The notes beneath the pieces are model-generated. The model had not been told where the DNA came from, made no database searches, and saw only the letters and a list, made by a program, of their open reading frames with translations. Below are positions 1 to 10,393 of a DNA stretch of 64,000 nucleotides, one piece after another. How positions within the stretch are numbered: position 1 is the first letter of the stretch; every line of letters begins with the position of its first letter. Position numbers and translations under genes: made by a program. This DNA comes from a virus. The stretch is taken from positions 14,864 through 78,863 of IMG/VR virus record IMGVR_UViG_3300033146_003076; one strand, written 5' to 3'.

Positions 1-2
1 CA

Positions 3-449
3 AATGTTACTTTTTATACTGTTAATCGTTTTATTGGTGATAAGAATAATGATTTCATTGTTAATACTGATGATGTTGTTGCTTATACTTTGAATGCTGA
101 TGGTACTCGTTTGAATTATGCAATTTCTAGTATTGATGCTAATTTAGGTAAAATTGTTTTAGGTATTGCTCCTCCTTCTGGAGAACAATTATATTTTACT
201 TATGTTTATGCTATGCGTAGAGTTGATGTTGTTGATTCTATGATCCGTGATGCTGCAATTTTATGTACTGCAATGTGGTGTTATCGTAAATTAAATACTG
301 GTAAAGCTACTCGGTTTAAGATGGGCAGTTTAACAGTTTTCCGTGATATGAATTCCCCCAAAGATTTTAGATTGCTTTATTATGAAGCAATTACTAATAT
401 TAATGCTGGAGTTATTGCAAATATTGCTGAAACAGATTTAATTATATAA
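3..449 (+). CDS. Head-tail connector/adaptor protein (5' partial)
   Basis: Frame open from window start; C-terminal IRDAAILCTA...KMGSLTV resembles gp6/gp15-type adaptors; position before tail genes. Confidence 0.6.
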   Translation, partial: NVTFYTVNRFIGDKNNDFIVNTDDVVAYTLNADGTRLNYAISSIDANLGKIVLGIAPPSGEQLYFTYVYAMRRVDVVDSMIRDAAILCTAMWCYRKLNTGKATRFKMGSLTVFRDMNSPKDFRLLYYEAITNINAGVIANIAETDLII

Positions 450-468
450 GGAGAAAGGTATTGTAAAA

Positions 469-831
469 ATGGTAGGAATAATATGTGATGGTACAATGAT
501 TGATGATATAATAGATGAATTTAGTATCCCTATAATTTGTCGTGTTGTTTCTAAATCTTTTGTTGATGAGTATGGTGATGCATCTGAATCTTATAAAGAT
601 TACAGTATTAATGTTGTGGTTCAATCTTGGTCTGCTGATACTCAAGAGGTTAAAGAAGGAATGTTTCATGCTGGTGCTTTAACTTTAACTTTTCGTCAGG
701 ATGATCAATTTCTTGCTGTTGAAGGTAATAAGGTAAAATACTTGGATGTTTGGTATAAGATTAATCGTGTAATTAAACAACCTATTGCTGGCACTTTATA
801 TTATGTGTATTGTTTACTTAAGAAGGGGTAA
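469..831 (+). CDS. Head-closure (SPP1 gp16-like) protein
   Basis: 120 aa beta-rich; DEYGD...EGNKVKYLDVWYKI pattern; synteny. Confidence 0.6.
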   Translation: MVGIICDGTMIDDIIDEFSIPIICRVVSKSFVDEYGDASESYKDYSINVVVQSWSADTQEVKEGMFHAGALTLTFRQDDQFLAVEGNKVKYLDVWYKINRVIKQPIAGTLYYVYCLLKKG

Positions 832-842
832 TTTATTATAAT

Positions 843-1211
843 ATGAAAAAAGACATTTTGTTTTTTGTAATTTTAATTTCTCTACTTTTTTTCTTTTTTT
901 ATTCAACTTTTTCCAATATTTCTTATCTTGAGAAGGAGGTTAGGCATGAAGTTGATTCTGTTAAAAAGTTTTATTTTTATAATCATACTGATGATGGCCT
1001 TTTCCGTAATAAATCTGAATTAATTAAGTTTGGGGGGGATTGTGAAACTTGGGCTTTGTATTATAATTCTATATTTAGTGAGAAATATTATACTTCTTTG
1101 TTAGTGTTTCCTTTTGATGAATATAAGAATCATGCTGTTTTATCTGTTTCTGATGGTTCTGAATATTGTATAATTAATCAGGTGTATTATGATTGTTATC
1201 AGATTGAATGA
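843..1211 (+). CDS. Membrane-anchored/secreted transglutaminase-like (papain-fold) protein
   Basis: N-terminal hydrophobic helix; GDCETWA...NHAV motif. Confidence 0.55.
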   Translation: MKKDILFFVILISLLFFFFYSTFSNISYLEKEVRHEVDSVKKFYFYNHTDDGLFRNKSELIKFGGDCETWALYYNSIFSEKYYTSLLVFPFDEYKNHAVLSVSDGSEYCIINQVYYDCYQIE

Positions 1212-1213
1212 AT

Positions 1214-1232
1214 AGGAAGTTTTATAAATAAA
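1214..1232 (+). promoter_or_regulatory. Archaeal BRE-TATA promoter for tail operon
   Basis: GGAAGTTTTATAAATA in intergenic gap upstream of 1356. Confidence 0.5.
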
Positions 1233-1355
1233 TTTAATCATAATATACTATATAGATATAGTAATATAATCTATGTTAATCACATTTAATTGTGATTTAT
1301 TATTATAAGAGATGATTGTTGTTGTCTCTTTTATACCGTTGTTGCGGAGCTTAGA

Positions 1356-1838
1356 ATGACAAATAAAACTATTACTTCAAAAATACATGTTTTAGGTCTA
1401 AATCCTTCTTCTCTTTACAGCGACATTTACAAAATATTTTATAATGTTTTAAAACGTAATGTTTGTGTTGGCACCAAGCGTGTTTGGTTCAGTGCATTTC
1501 CTGATATTGATATTGATAATAAAGATGATTATCCTTTTTTCATTATTGATTCCCCTTCCTTAGAAGATAGTAAATTCACACAAATCCGTGAAAAAATAAA
1601 TACTAGTATTGATATTGAGGTTAGTACAACAAGTTCTCGAACAAGAGATGAATATGCTTCAGATATTTTATATCAATTAAAATTAAATAAACATTATTTA
1701 CGAAAACTTGGTATTACAAAATTAAAATTAGTTGGTGATGATTCCAGTATGATTATGCGTGATGAAATTAAGATTCATACAAAATCATTAAGTTACACTT
1801 TTGAATTTGTTCAAACCAAGGTGTCACCATCATGGTAA
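1356..1838 (+). CDS. Tail terminator/completion protein
   Basis: FP...YPFFIID pattern, 160 aa, synteny. Confidence 0.55.
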   Translation: MTNKTITSKIHVLGLNPSSLYSDIYKIFYNVLKRNVCVGTKRVWFSAFPDIDIDNKDDYPFFIIDSPSLEDSKFTQIREKINTSIDIEVSTTSSRTRDEYASDILYQLKLNKHYLRKLGITKLKLVGDDSSMIMRDEIKIHTKSLSYTFEFVQTKVSPSW

Positions 1839-2332
1839 CTTTACCCCCTGTTGGTTTAACAATAAAAACTAGCGTTAAAAAAATAAAAGGTAAACGTATT
1901 TTATTACCTTCAACTTGGAGAAAGTTTAGTGAAGAATTGATGGATGATTATTCCAAAAAAACTTTACGTGCTATCAGGAAATACGCACCAAAGGGCCAGA
2001 CTGGTTATTTCAAAAGTAATATTAAAATTGATAAAGGTGGAAAATTAATTAAAACTATAAGTTTTGGTGGAGTTCCATGGGTTGAGGCTTTAGAAAAAGG
2101 TTGGAAAGGTCATTGGATTCCACGTTATTGGGTGGACCAATATACTAAATTTCCTGGAAATGCTCGTTTCAAACAATTAAGTAAAGCCGAAATTGCTAAT
2201 ACTGGCGGTTGGTTTTATTCAAATTCAGTAAATTATAAACATAAAGGTTTTATCAAAAAGGGTTTTCTTGCTGGTCAAAAGAACTTCCAAGGAACTGTTG
2301 ATAAATCTTTTAACAAAACAATAAAACGGTGA
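1832..2332 (+). CDS. HK97 gp10-like neck/tail completion protein
   Basis: Basic; APKGQTGYFKSNI...VEALEKG motif typical of the gp10 family. Confidence 0.65.
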   Translation: MVTLPPVGLTIKTSVKKIKGKRILLPSTWRKFSEELMDDYSKKTLRAIRKYAPKGQTGYFKSNIKIDKGGKLIKTISFGGVPWVEALEKGWKGHWIPRYWVDQYTKFPGNARFKQLSKAEIANTGGWFYSNSVNYKHKGFIKKGFLAGQKNFQGTVDKSFNKTIKR

Positions 2333-2589
2333 TTATAATGACAAAGTATAAGATAACAAATGTTTCACGTTTAACAACACGAATTAAGTATGGTGATAAT
2401 GATTTTGAGTTTATAAAAAATAAAGAAGTTATAGAGACAGATAAAAAACCACTAAATAAAACATGTGGTATAACGATTGAAATCGTTCCTGAACAGATTA
2501 TGAAAGAAGAGAAGAAAATTAAAGTTTCTTTTAAAGAGACTGTAAAAAAAGAATTAAAAAAAGAAAATAATAATCAGGAGGATGATTAA
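2329..2589 (+). CDS. Hypothetical tail-module protein
   Basis: ORF coupled to neighbours. Confidence 0.5.
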   Translation: MIIMTKYKITNVSRLTTRIKYGDNDFEFIKNKEVIETDKKPLNKTCGITIEIVPEQIMKEEKKIKVSFKETVKKELKKENNNQEDD

Positions 2590-2591
2590 AT

Positions 2592-3251
2592 ATGGGAGTA
2601 AGTGATTTAACAGTAGAACAATGGACTGAGATCGCATTTGTAGAAATTGCAGATAATGCGGAAACCCCTAATGTGGTTCAGTTTGGTACAATAACAGATA
2701 CATTAGATATTTCAATTGGTACACGAGATGTAGAGGCTATAGCTTTATTAAGTTCTGGTAGAGTTGCAAAGTTTACACCGGAAGATGTAACAGAAATAAC
2801 ATTAGAATTATATCCAATTGGTGTAACATCAATAGGATCTTCACCAAATGGTATTTTAGCTTGGTATTGGGGACAAAATCCTGGAACTAATGCTGGAAGG
2901 AATGAATTTGGTAGAAAATATTTTAGGGTTAGTATGTTATGGACTAATACAATTACAGATTTGACCTCAGTTCCTTTGGTAAGTGCTGGGCAGGAGACTA
3001 TTGGTGATTATTTGAGAATGTCATTTTGGATGAGTTATATGACTGATGCTAAGATGGATTTCACAGATGATATTTTAAAACAAACTGTAACATTTAAATG
3101 TTTACCATTTGACCGTGCTGGTGCTTCAAGAATAGTTTTCGAAGAATACTATGTTGATGGTTCAACAGTAGAGTATATGCCTGTTATGCCCGCCTTTATC
3201 AGTGGAGTTGCACCAACAGATCCAACTACTTGGGCGAACCCAACTCCTTAA
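2592..3251 (+). CDS. Major tail tube protein
   Basis: Acidic beta-rich 219 aa, strong SD, followed by T-rich terminator, upstream of chaperones and TMP. Confidence 0.7.
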   Translation: MGVSDLTVEQWTEIAFVEIADNAETPNVVQFGTITDTLDISIGTRDVEAIALLSSGRVAKFTPEDVTEITLELYPIGVTSIGSSPNGILAWYWGQNPGTNAGRNEFGRKYFRVSMLWTNTITDLTSVPLVSAGQETIGDYLRMSFWMSYMTDAKMDFTDDILKQTVTFKCLPFDRAGASRIVFEEYYVDGSTVEYMPVMPAFISGVAPTDPTTWANPTP

Positions 3252-3254
3252 ACA

Positions 3255-3282
3255 TTTATTTTTTTATTTTTTATTTTTATTT
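3255..3282 (+). terminator. Oligo-T terminator
   Basis: TTTATTTTTTTATTTTTTATTTTTATTT after tail tube stop. Confidence 0.5.
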
Positions 3283-3299
3283 CAAAGTGAGGTTGTATT

Positions 3300-3638
3300 A
3301 TGGAAGAAGAATTTCAAGATATAAAGAAGAGAATATTTAAACATAAAAACTCAGAGGAACTATTTCTAAAACGTGTTCCTGTAGGTACTGTTAAATTGTT
3401 TAAAGCTTATGCGAACGATGAGTTTGCTGGTGATTATGGATTATGCCTTAAAAGTATGACTGATGAATTATTAGTTAAACCTCCTATTTATATGAATTTA
3501 CAAGAACAATTATTTAAATTATTTGAAGAACTTGAAGAATTAAAAAAGAAGATTGAAGGTATTGACTCTCCTGAAACTGAGTCAAATAATATTGTTGAAC
3601 GTGTTAATGGCGTTAGAATGATAAAAAGAAAAGATTGA
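3300..3638 (+). CDS. Hypothetical protein (coiled coil), tail module
   Basis: ORF with GAGGT SD. Confidence 0.55.
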   Translation: MEEEFQDIKKRIFKHKNSEELFLKRVPVGTVKLFKAYANDEFAGDYGLCLKSMTDELLVKPPIYMNLQEQLFKLFEELEELKKKIEGIDSPETESNNIVERVNGVRMIKRKD

Positions 3639-3649
3639 GGATTAAAAAA

Positions 3650-4036
3650 ATGGGAATAGATATTGAAAAATTTAAAAGACACTGTAATATGGGTGTTGAT
3701 GTTATTTTAGAAAATGATGATGGTGCGAAGGATACTTTTAAATTAAAACCTTTAAATCCAAAACAGTTAGTACAATTTAATATTTTGGCTGAAGGTTATG
3801 AAGCTGGAACTTTATCTGATAAAGATACAGAGTCTATGTTTGATTTATTTACAGATGTTGTATTAAATTCATTTCCAGAATTAGACAAATCACTTGCCGA
3901 AAATTTCGCATTAAATAATTTAATTAATTTTATGAGTATTATGGACAAATTGGCTCCTAAAGTTGATAAAAAGAAAATGGATCAATTAAAAAAAATGAAA
4001 GCATTACAACAATCTAAAGTTGCTTCCAATGAATGA
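3650..4036 (+). CDS. Tail assembly chaperone
   Basis: FKLKPL motif, helical acidic protein between tube and TMP; ATG at 3650 follows GAGG. Confidence 0.6.
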   Translation: MGIDIEKFKRHCNMGVDVILENDDGAKDTFKLKPLNPKQLVQFNILAEGYEAGTLSDKDTESMFDLFTDVVLNSFPELDKSLAENFALNNLINFMSIMDKLAPKVDKKKMDQLKKMKALQQSKVASNE

Positions 4037-4271
4037 ATTAACTAAAAAGTCAATTATGGGTCGTGTTTTAGGTGGAAATAACAATTCCCCTAAAGATGTT
4101 GCTGACCAATTTATCCAAATCCACCATATTTTTATGAAAGAGTATGGTTGGATACACCCTGATGTATTTTATTCATTACCTATTGATTTCATTAATAATA
4201 TGGTAAAAGAAATAAATAATAGTCGAAAAGAAGAAAATAAGAAAAATAAAAAAAAAGGTAGAAAAAGGTAA
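4029..4271 (+). CDS. Second tail assembly chaperone-like protein
   Basis: MKEYGW...FYSLP pattern directly before TMP. Confidence 0.5.
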   Translation: MNELTKKSIMGRVLGGNNNSPKDVADQFIQIHHIFMKEYGWIHPDVFYSLPIDFINNMVKEINNSRKEENKKNKKKGRKR

Positions 4272-5978
4272 ATGGCAGGAATTAAAGCAAAAGCAGATCT
4301 TGAAATAACTCTTAAAGTTAAAAATGAACTTTTAAATAAACAGTTAGATCTAACTAAAAAGAAATTAGAACAATTAATTAAAACTAATGACAAATTAGGT
4401 CGTACTCGTCCCAGAACCCAAACTGGCAAAGACGCAAAAAAAACATCCCAAGATAAAAACGAAGAAAAGATATTGGCTGAAAAACGAAAAATTGCTAATA
4501 TGGAAGTACAAAATGCAAGTTATATAGAAAGTAAAAAAAAGAAAAGAGCTCAAGCAGAACAGCAAAGAGTTCTTAAACCTGAAACCAACAAAAAAGATGC
4601 AAAACAACAAGAAAATAATTTTCAATCTATGCGTAATGAATTAATGTTAAGTGGGATTTCTGAAAAGAAAGCTATTTCTGCAACAAATACTCTTAAAAAA
4701 AATATGAGTGATTTGGGTTTCACTATGAAAAAAAATGGGGATTTTTTTAATGAGTCTACTAACCAAACAATTGGTTTTAATAAAGCTGCTGGTTATCTTT
4801 CTCGTAGTGTAATGCCAAAATTCCATGGGCAATTCTTATCTTTAATGTTTATTGGTCAAGGAATGTCTGCTACTTTTGGAGGTATGATTCAAAGTGCCTT
4901 ACAATCAACAGGTATTTTTGAAGCATTTGGAGGTGTATTACAAAGTATTTTATTACCTGTTTTGATGCCATTAATTATGAGATGGTTGCCAAAATTAATG
5001 AAGTGGTTAGAATCACCTGGTGCTAAAGAGTTTGCTGCACAAGTTATTATTATGGGTTCTGCTTTAGGTACCACATTGTCTATGATTTCACAAGTTGTAT
5101 TATTATTGGGTTCTTTAGGATTTAGTTTAAAAGATATAGGATTATGGTTTAAGAATGGCCCCTCAGTTATTTCTAGTTTTTTTAAAGGATTAAAAAATAG
5201 TTGGATTCTTATTAAGACTGCTTTTAAAAGTAAAGGTTTATTAGCTGGTTTAAAATTAGGATTTAAATCTGTTGGTCAAAGTATTGCAAAATGGTTGCCT
5301 TTAATAAATGGTGTTGTTGGTGGTTTAACTATTTTTTGGGGTATTTTAACTGACAATATTTGGCCTGTTTTAAAAGGGATAATTTTGGTTATTGGTGCTA
5401 TTTTAACTGTTATTTTTGGTTGGCCTGCCGCTCTTGCCGCTGCGATTGTGGGTGTTGTTTTGATGTTTGATAAATTTGCTTTATTGAGAGGAATAATTTA
5501 TTCTATTACAGCCGCCAGTGTAAGTTGGTTATCTGCATTAGAATTAATTGGTCAGGCAGTTGGTAAAATATTTAAAGGAGATTGGAAAGGATTAAAAGAG
5601 GTTTTTAGTATGGACAATATGTTAAATAATACTTTGTCCGGAAAATTAGTTAAATCTGCCGCTTATCAGTTTCAAGCTGTTCAAAAAGAAGGTATTGGTG
5701 CTAAATCTACTGAAATAGATTTACAAGGGAATCTTAAAAATATACCTAAAATGGCTAGTGGTGGAATTGTTAATGACCCTACTTTAGCCGTTATTGGAGA
5801 AGCCGGCCCAGAAGCAGTTATTCCTTTAAGTTCTAATAATAGTAATTTTGCTGGAAATAAAGAAATATATTATAATCCTACTATTAATGTTAATGTTAGT
5901 GGTGGTTCTTTTAATGAGCAGGATTTAGCCGATAAAATAAATAAAGCATTATATGATGCGTTACAAAGAGGTATTTAA
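4272..5978 (+). CDS. Tape measure protein
   Basis: Helical, hydrophobic central region, C-terminal IPKMASGGIV...IGEAGPEAVIPL motif. Confidence 0.85.
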   Translation: MAGIKAKADLEITLKVKNELLNKQLDLTKKKLEQLIKTNDKLGRTRPRTQTGKDAKKTSQDKNEEKILAEKRKIANMEVQNASYIESKKKKRAQAEQQRVLKPETNKKDAKQQENNFQSMRNELMLSGISEKKAISATNTLKKNMSDLGFTMKKNGDFFNESTNQTIGFNKAAGYLSRSVMPKFHGQFLSLMFIGQGMSATFGGMIQSALQSTGIFEAFGGVLQSILLPVLMPLIMRWLPKLMKWLESPGAKEFAAQVIIMGSALGTTLSMISQVVLLLGSLGFSLKDIGLWFKNGPSVISSFFKGLKNSWILIKTAFKSKGLLAGLKLGFKSVGQSIAKWLPLINGVVGGLTIFWGILTDNIWPVLKGIILVIGAILTVIFGWPAALAAAIVGVVLMFDKFALLRGIIYSITAASVSWLSALELIGQAVGKIFKGDWKGLKEVFSMDNMLNNTLSGKLVKSAAYQFQAVQKEGIGAKSTEIDLQGNLKNIPKMASGGIVNDPTLAVIGEAGPEAVIPLSSNNSNFAGNKEIYYNPTINVNVSGGSFNEQDLADKINKALYDALQRGI

Positions 5979-5980
5979 TA

Positions 5981-6505
5981 ATGACAACTATATTATTTCA
6001 AGGTACAGGAGATTATGTAAAAATATTTTCTGTAAAGGTTGATGAACAAATTGATAAATCCCCTGTTAGTTGGGCTGATTTAGTACCTAAGGCTCAGTGG
6101 GGAACTAAACCTGCTAAACGATATGTTATGGATTTCAAGAATGTTACTAATGCCTTTGTTATTACTGGCACAATTTGTGCTGATAGTTTAGGTGTAACTG
6201 GTTCTGTGTTAGATGCACGAGATTTATTAAAAAGTTTTATTGTTGGTGGTGGTACTGTAAATATGAAATATGGTCTTGCCGCTGAGTTAGCTGGTTTAGA
6301 CCCCTCTTATTCTGCTACTTCTAATTCTTATTATGGTAGTGCTGGTTTTGAGGTTATAATTACACGATTACAATTTAGTGAGGACCCAAAAGGAGGGGAC
6401 TCTGGGGCTAATATTAGTAGTTCAACTGCTGAGGCTATTAAAGGAGTTCCAGAATTATTTAATGTTACTTTAACTTGTCAATGTGGTGTAGATTATTCTT
6501 CTTAG
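5981..6505 (+). CDS. Distal tail (Dit-like) protein
   Basis: Position right after TMP, beta-rich 174 aa. Confidence 0.5.
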   Translation: MTTILFQGTGDYVKIFSVKVDEQIDKSPVSWADLVPKAQWGTKPAKRYVMDFKNVTNAFVITGTICADSLGVTGSVLDARDLLKSFIVGGGTVNMKYGLAAELAGLDPSYSATSNSYYGSAGFEVIITRLQFSEDPKGGDSGANISSSTAEAIKGVPELFNVTLTCQCGVDYSS

Positions 6506-6529
6506 AATAATTGGATGGAATAGAAAAAA

Positions 6530-9500
6530 ATGGTAAATATTAATTTAGTTGAAAATCATAGAGTCTATATTTTAAAGAAAGATAAAAACCCTAGTGTTGG
6601 TACCCCACTTGTTGCAGATTATTATGATTTTACTGATTATTTAATGAATTTTAGTATTAATAAACAATTATGTAAACTTGCTACTCTTAATGTTACCATG
6701 GCTGGTATTGATACTCTCACCTTAAGAGATTATGTTAAAGCAGGGAATTATTTGTTTGTTATGACTGGTTATAATGATGGGTCTGTTCATAATAAATTAA
6801 TTGGTAAATTTTTGTTAGAAAAACCAATATATGGAAATAAAGGTTCTGTTAGTATAACTGGAATACAAAGTTCTGGGAAAAACACTAATAATAAACAATT
6901 GTCTCGTACTGATAATTCTTATAAGAAAACTTTTCAAACTGAAACTTTAAATACTGTTTTTTTTGGTGCAACAGGAGTTTGTGTTGACAGTAACTCTGTT
7001 AATGTTTTAGATAATGGTCTTGATAGTTCTCTAGTAAACAATAAAATATCTGTTGATGTCGATTATAATAAGCGAACTAATGTTGTTCAAAAGGTTTGTG
7101 AAAATGCTAATATTGAATGGGATATATTTCATGGGGTAAATGATTCAACAAATCCTTTTAGTGCTGGTGATTCTCTTATTATAAAAAGTAAGATTGGTAC
7201 AACTTCTTCTAGTCAACATACTTTTTATTTAAGTGGAGAACATACAAATTGTTATGCTTCTTATGGTGTTAAAAGTGTTTCTAATTTATGTAATAATGTC
7301 ATTATTAAAGGTACTGATTTAGCCGGAGATCCAATTGAAACAAATATGTTTGCTGGTGGCGTTGCCGATAGTTATATTGATACGTCTAAGTTAGGTGCAT
7401 CTTATACTTCTTTTGATGGTTGGTTATATGATGATGTTCCTTCTTATCCTTGTGGTTTAATTAAAGATACTATGGATAATGGCGATACGAATATGTATCT
7501 TTTAGAAGGGGTAGACTATACTATAACTATTGTTACTGTTATTCCTGGTTCTCCAAACACTGTTAGAATAATGAATAATGGTCAAAATTCAACCGATTTA
7601 GAAGTTGGTGAAAGTTTCACTTATTTTAATGATTCTTATATATATATAGATGCGATTGATGTATCTGGTTCACCTTATACTTGCACATTTACTTTATTTT
7701 CTTCTGAACCTGCTTCTATTAAAATTTCAAAAGGATCCGTTATTGGTTATCATGATGGGTCTATTGTTTTTGTGAAAATTGATAATGAAGTAATAAAAGG
7801 AACCGTTGATGATTCTTCTTCATTATATACTAAGATATTTAATATAACTCGTGCTGTTAATACTACTACTGTGATGGGATCTTCAACATTCCCTTTTGAC
7901 ACAGAAAGGGCAACACATAGAAAGGGTTCAGATGTTGTATTTTTGAGAGATGGTGTTGCAAGTTCAGGTGTTTTAAGTGTTGATGTTCCACTTCTTAGTG
8001 TCACTGATTTACAAGCTAATGCAGGGACAATATATATTGGTTCTGAAAGATGTGTAAATCTTGCTACAAATCATATAACTAATTGTGTTTCTGTTGTAAG
8101 AATTGACCAAACTAGTTCTTCTACTGAAGCTGATAGTTGGAAAGGTTGTTATGCACATAGTACTGGGATTAGAATTTTAAGAGCAAATAAAAGTGGAGGA
8201 GGTTATTATACACCTGATGATCCTTATCCTACTTCAAATATTGATAATGATGGTTTATTTAGTGAGGTTTTTACTGATGAAAATTCTGTTACTAAAGATG
8301 GATTGGATAAGAAATGTCAATTATTATTAATAAATCGTGCTGATATTGATGATGTTGTTGAAATTGAACCAGATAATGTTGGTGCTTGGTTTACTGATAT
8401 AAATTTGGGTGATGCCGTTTCTATTTCTGGTTCGAGTATAATTAATTTAGAAGATGTGACTGAGTATCGTTTTGTTGAGTATGATTATAGTTGGCCTGCT
8501 GCAAAATGTAAAATTTATTTGAATAAAATTGAGAAAATAAATTCCTTTAATACAAAAGATAATTTTACTGAAAATTTTGCTTCAATGTCTAATAAAATGT
8601 CTAATAATAGTATAAGGAAAAATGAATTTAATAATTATACAGATATTTCTTCTGCTGGTGAAAAATTAGGCTTTGACTTTTTTAATAAAGAAGTTAATGG
8701 TATTAATATTGATTCAGATATTTCTAATTTGGGTGATGATGATACTGATAAGGCTGTAAATGTTGGTTTATTAAAACAAAGTCTTAGCGATAGTGGGGCT
8801 AATTTATGGGCGGAAAGTGGAAGTAATTTAAGACCTACTTCTTCCGGCAAATCTATTTTTCCTAATGGTTCTGGTAATGTTGGTACTTCTTCTGAATATT
8901 GGGATAAATCTTATATTTCTGAAATGTATTTACATGAAAATTATTATTTTAAACATGTGGCTGGAACTAATGATTATTTAGAATTATTTTGTAATGAAGA
9001 AAATCTGAGTGGTTCTAATCCTGCAACACTATTACAATTTGATAAAGGAAATTTAAGTTTAAGTAGTGGTTATAAAATTCCTCGTAGTTATTTTAAGGAT
9101 AGTTTTATTATTCCTTTAACTGATGAGTCTGCTAATGTTGAGACTGTTTTACAAGATACTTTTACACAGGAAGGTTCAATTTATTATGATACTGCCACTG
9201 ATAAGTTAAGATTAATGACTGAAAGTGGATGGGAAGATGTTGGTGGAGACAATTCCCCTTTAACAACGAGAGGTGATATTTATATTTATTCAACTACTAA
9301 TGCTAGACTTGCTGCTGGCTCCAACGGTCAAGTTTTAACGGCTGATAATACTATCGCAGACGGTTTAAAATGGGCTACTCCTTCCAGTGGTTTTACAGAT
9401 CCTATGACTCATGTAGGAGATATTATTTATAAAGATTCTTCAAATATTACAACTCGTTTGCCACTTGGATCTTCTGGAAAAGTATTAAAAAGTGATGGTA

Positions 9501-10366
9501 GTAATTTAATTTGGGGGGATGAACAAACAAATTATTGGGAATTAGACACTGGCGTTACTCCTGGATTATTATCCCCCATAAGTAATTATGATGTTCATTT
9601 AAAAAATATTTTAAATGATTCTTCTGCTCCAACAATTTCTTTTTATAAATGTAGAGAGAATGTTGGAGTAAAACAAAATCTAACTGTTAGTGATACAATC
9701 TGTGCTATATCTTCCAACTTTGAACAATCATCAGGTGGTGTAAAAAATGGTTTTTCTTTTGCTGCTAAAATGTTGGATGTTGCTATTGGTAGTGAATTAG
9801 TAGGATTATATTTAAATACATGGGATTCTAGTACAAGTGCATTAACAGAAAGGTTACGTTTGGATGGTAATGGTTTTACTATAAATTCTAGTAAAATGTT
9901 AAATTCTTTAAGTTTATACTCTAATAGTTCTGTTGTTCCTCAGTGTGTAATTGATACTGATGGGGCACATGCAAATGGCGGAAAAATTTATTTTAAAAAA
10001 GAAAGAAGTGGTGGGTCTATATCTGATTCAGATGTTGTATCTCAAATTCAAAGTGTTTTTAAAAATAGTGCAAGTGAACTTATAACTGCATCAACCATAG
10101 AAGTTAAAGTTGATGATGTAACTGATGGTACTGAGGATACTTCTGTTTTTATTAGTAATATGAATAATGGTATTTACAAAAATCAATTCAAAATTGCTGC
10201 CAATGAAGTTTATTTAGGGGATGTTGATAATACAAATCGTACAACCATATCCTCTACAACAGGGCATATAAAAGTTAATAATGGTTCTGCTTATGGTAAA
10301 CTTACTGTTAGCACTTCTTCCCCTTCTGGAGGGGCATCAGGAGATATTTGGTTTAAATATAGTTAA
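6530..10366 (+). CDS. Tail tip/baseplate hub fused to tail-fibre domains
   Basis: 1278 aa; N-terminal hub-like region; two copies of a fibre motif (PLTTRGDI...RLAAGSNGQVL...LKW); ends GDIWFKY. Confidence 0.7.
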   Translation: MVNINLVENHRVYILKKDKNPSVGTPLVADYYDFTDYLMNFSINKQLCKLATLNVTMAGIDTLTLRDYVKAGNYLFVMTGYNDGSVHNKLIGKFLLEKPIYGNKGSVSITGIQSSGKNTNNKQLSRTDNSYKKTFQTETLNTVFFGATGVCVDSNSVNVLDNGLDSSLVNNKISVDVDYNKRTNVVQKVCENANIEWDIFHGVNDSTNPFSAGDSLIIKSKIGTTSSSQHTFYLSGEHTNCYASYGVKSVSNLCNNVIIKGTDLAGDPIETNMFAGGVADSYIDTSKLGASYTSFDGWLYDDVPSYPCGLIKDTMDNGDTNMYLLEGVDYTITIVTVIPGSPNTVRIMNNGQNSTDLEVGESFTYFNDSYIYIDAIDVSGSPYTCTFTLFSSEPASIKISKGSVIGYHDGSIVFVKIDNEVIKGTVDDSSSLYTKIFNITRAVNTTTVMGSSTFPFDTERATHRKGSDVVFLRDGVASSGVLSVDVPLLSVTDLQANAGTIYIGSERCVNLATNHITNCVSVVRIDQTSSSTEADSWKGCYAHSTGIRILRANKSGGGYYTPDDPYPTSNIDNDGLFSEVFTDENSVTKDGLDKKCQLLLINRADIDDVVEIEPDNVGAWFTDINLGDAVSISGSSIINLEDVTEYRFVEYDYSWPAAKCKIYLNKIEKINSFNTKDNFTENFASMSNKMSNNSIRKNEFNNYTDISSAGEKLGFDFFNKEVNGINIDSDISNLGDDDTDKAVNVGLLKQSLSDSGANLWAESGSNLRPTSSGKSIFPNGSGNVGTSSEYWDKSYISEMYLHENYYFKHVAGTNDYLELFCNEENLSGSNPATLLQFDKGNLSLSSGYKIPRSYFKDSFIIPLTDESANVETVLQDTFTQEGSIYYDTATDKLRLMTESGWEDVGGDNSPLTTRGDIYIYSTTNARLAAGSNGQVLTADNTIADGLKWATPSSGFTDPMTHVGDIIYKDSSNITTRLPLGSSGKVLKSDGSNLIWGDEQTNYWELDTGVTPGLLSPISNYDVHLKNILNDSSAPTISFYKCRENVGVKQNLTVSDTICAISSNFEQSSGGVKNGFSFAAKMLDVAIGSELVGLYLNTWDSSTSALTERLRLDGNGFTINSSKMLNSLSLYSNSSVVPQCVIDTDGAHANGGKIYFKKERSGGSISDSDVVSQIQSVFKNSASELITASTIEVKVDDVTDGTEDTSVFISNMNNGIYKNQFKIAANEVYLGDVDNTNRTTISSTTGHIKVNNGSAYGKLTVSTSSPSGGASGDIWFKYS

Positions 10367-10393
10367 ATAATGTAAGGGGGATGTGAATAGAAA

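Noticed and set aside
3985-4036. Programmed frameshift between tail chaperones at the A8 run
   Set aside because: The downstream ORF is in the +1 frame, which has a TGA at 3996-3998 right after the A-run; a separate ATG at 4029 explains it
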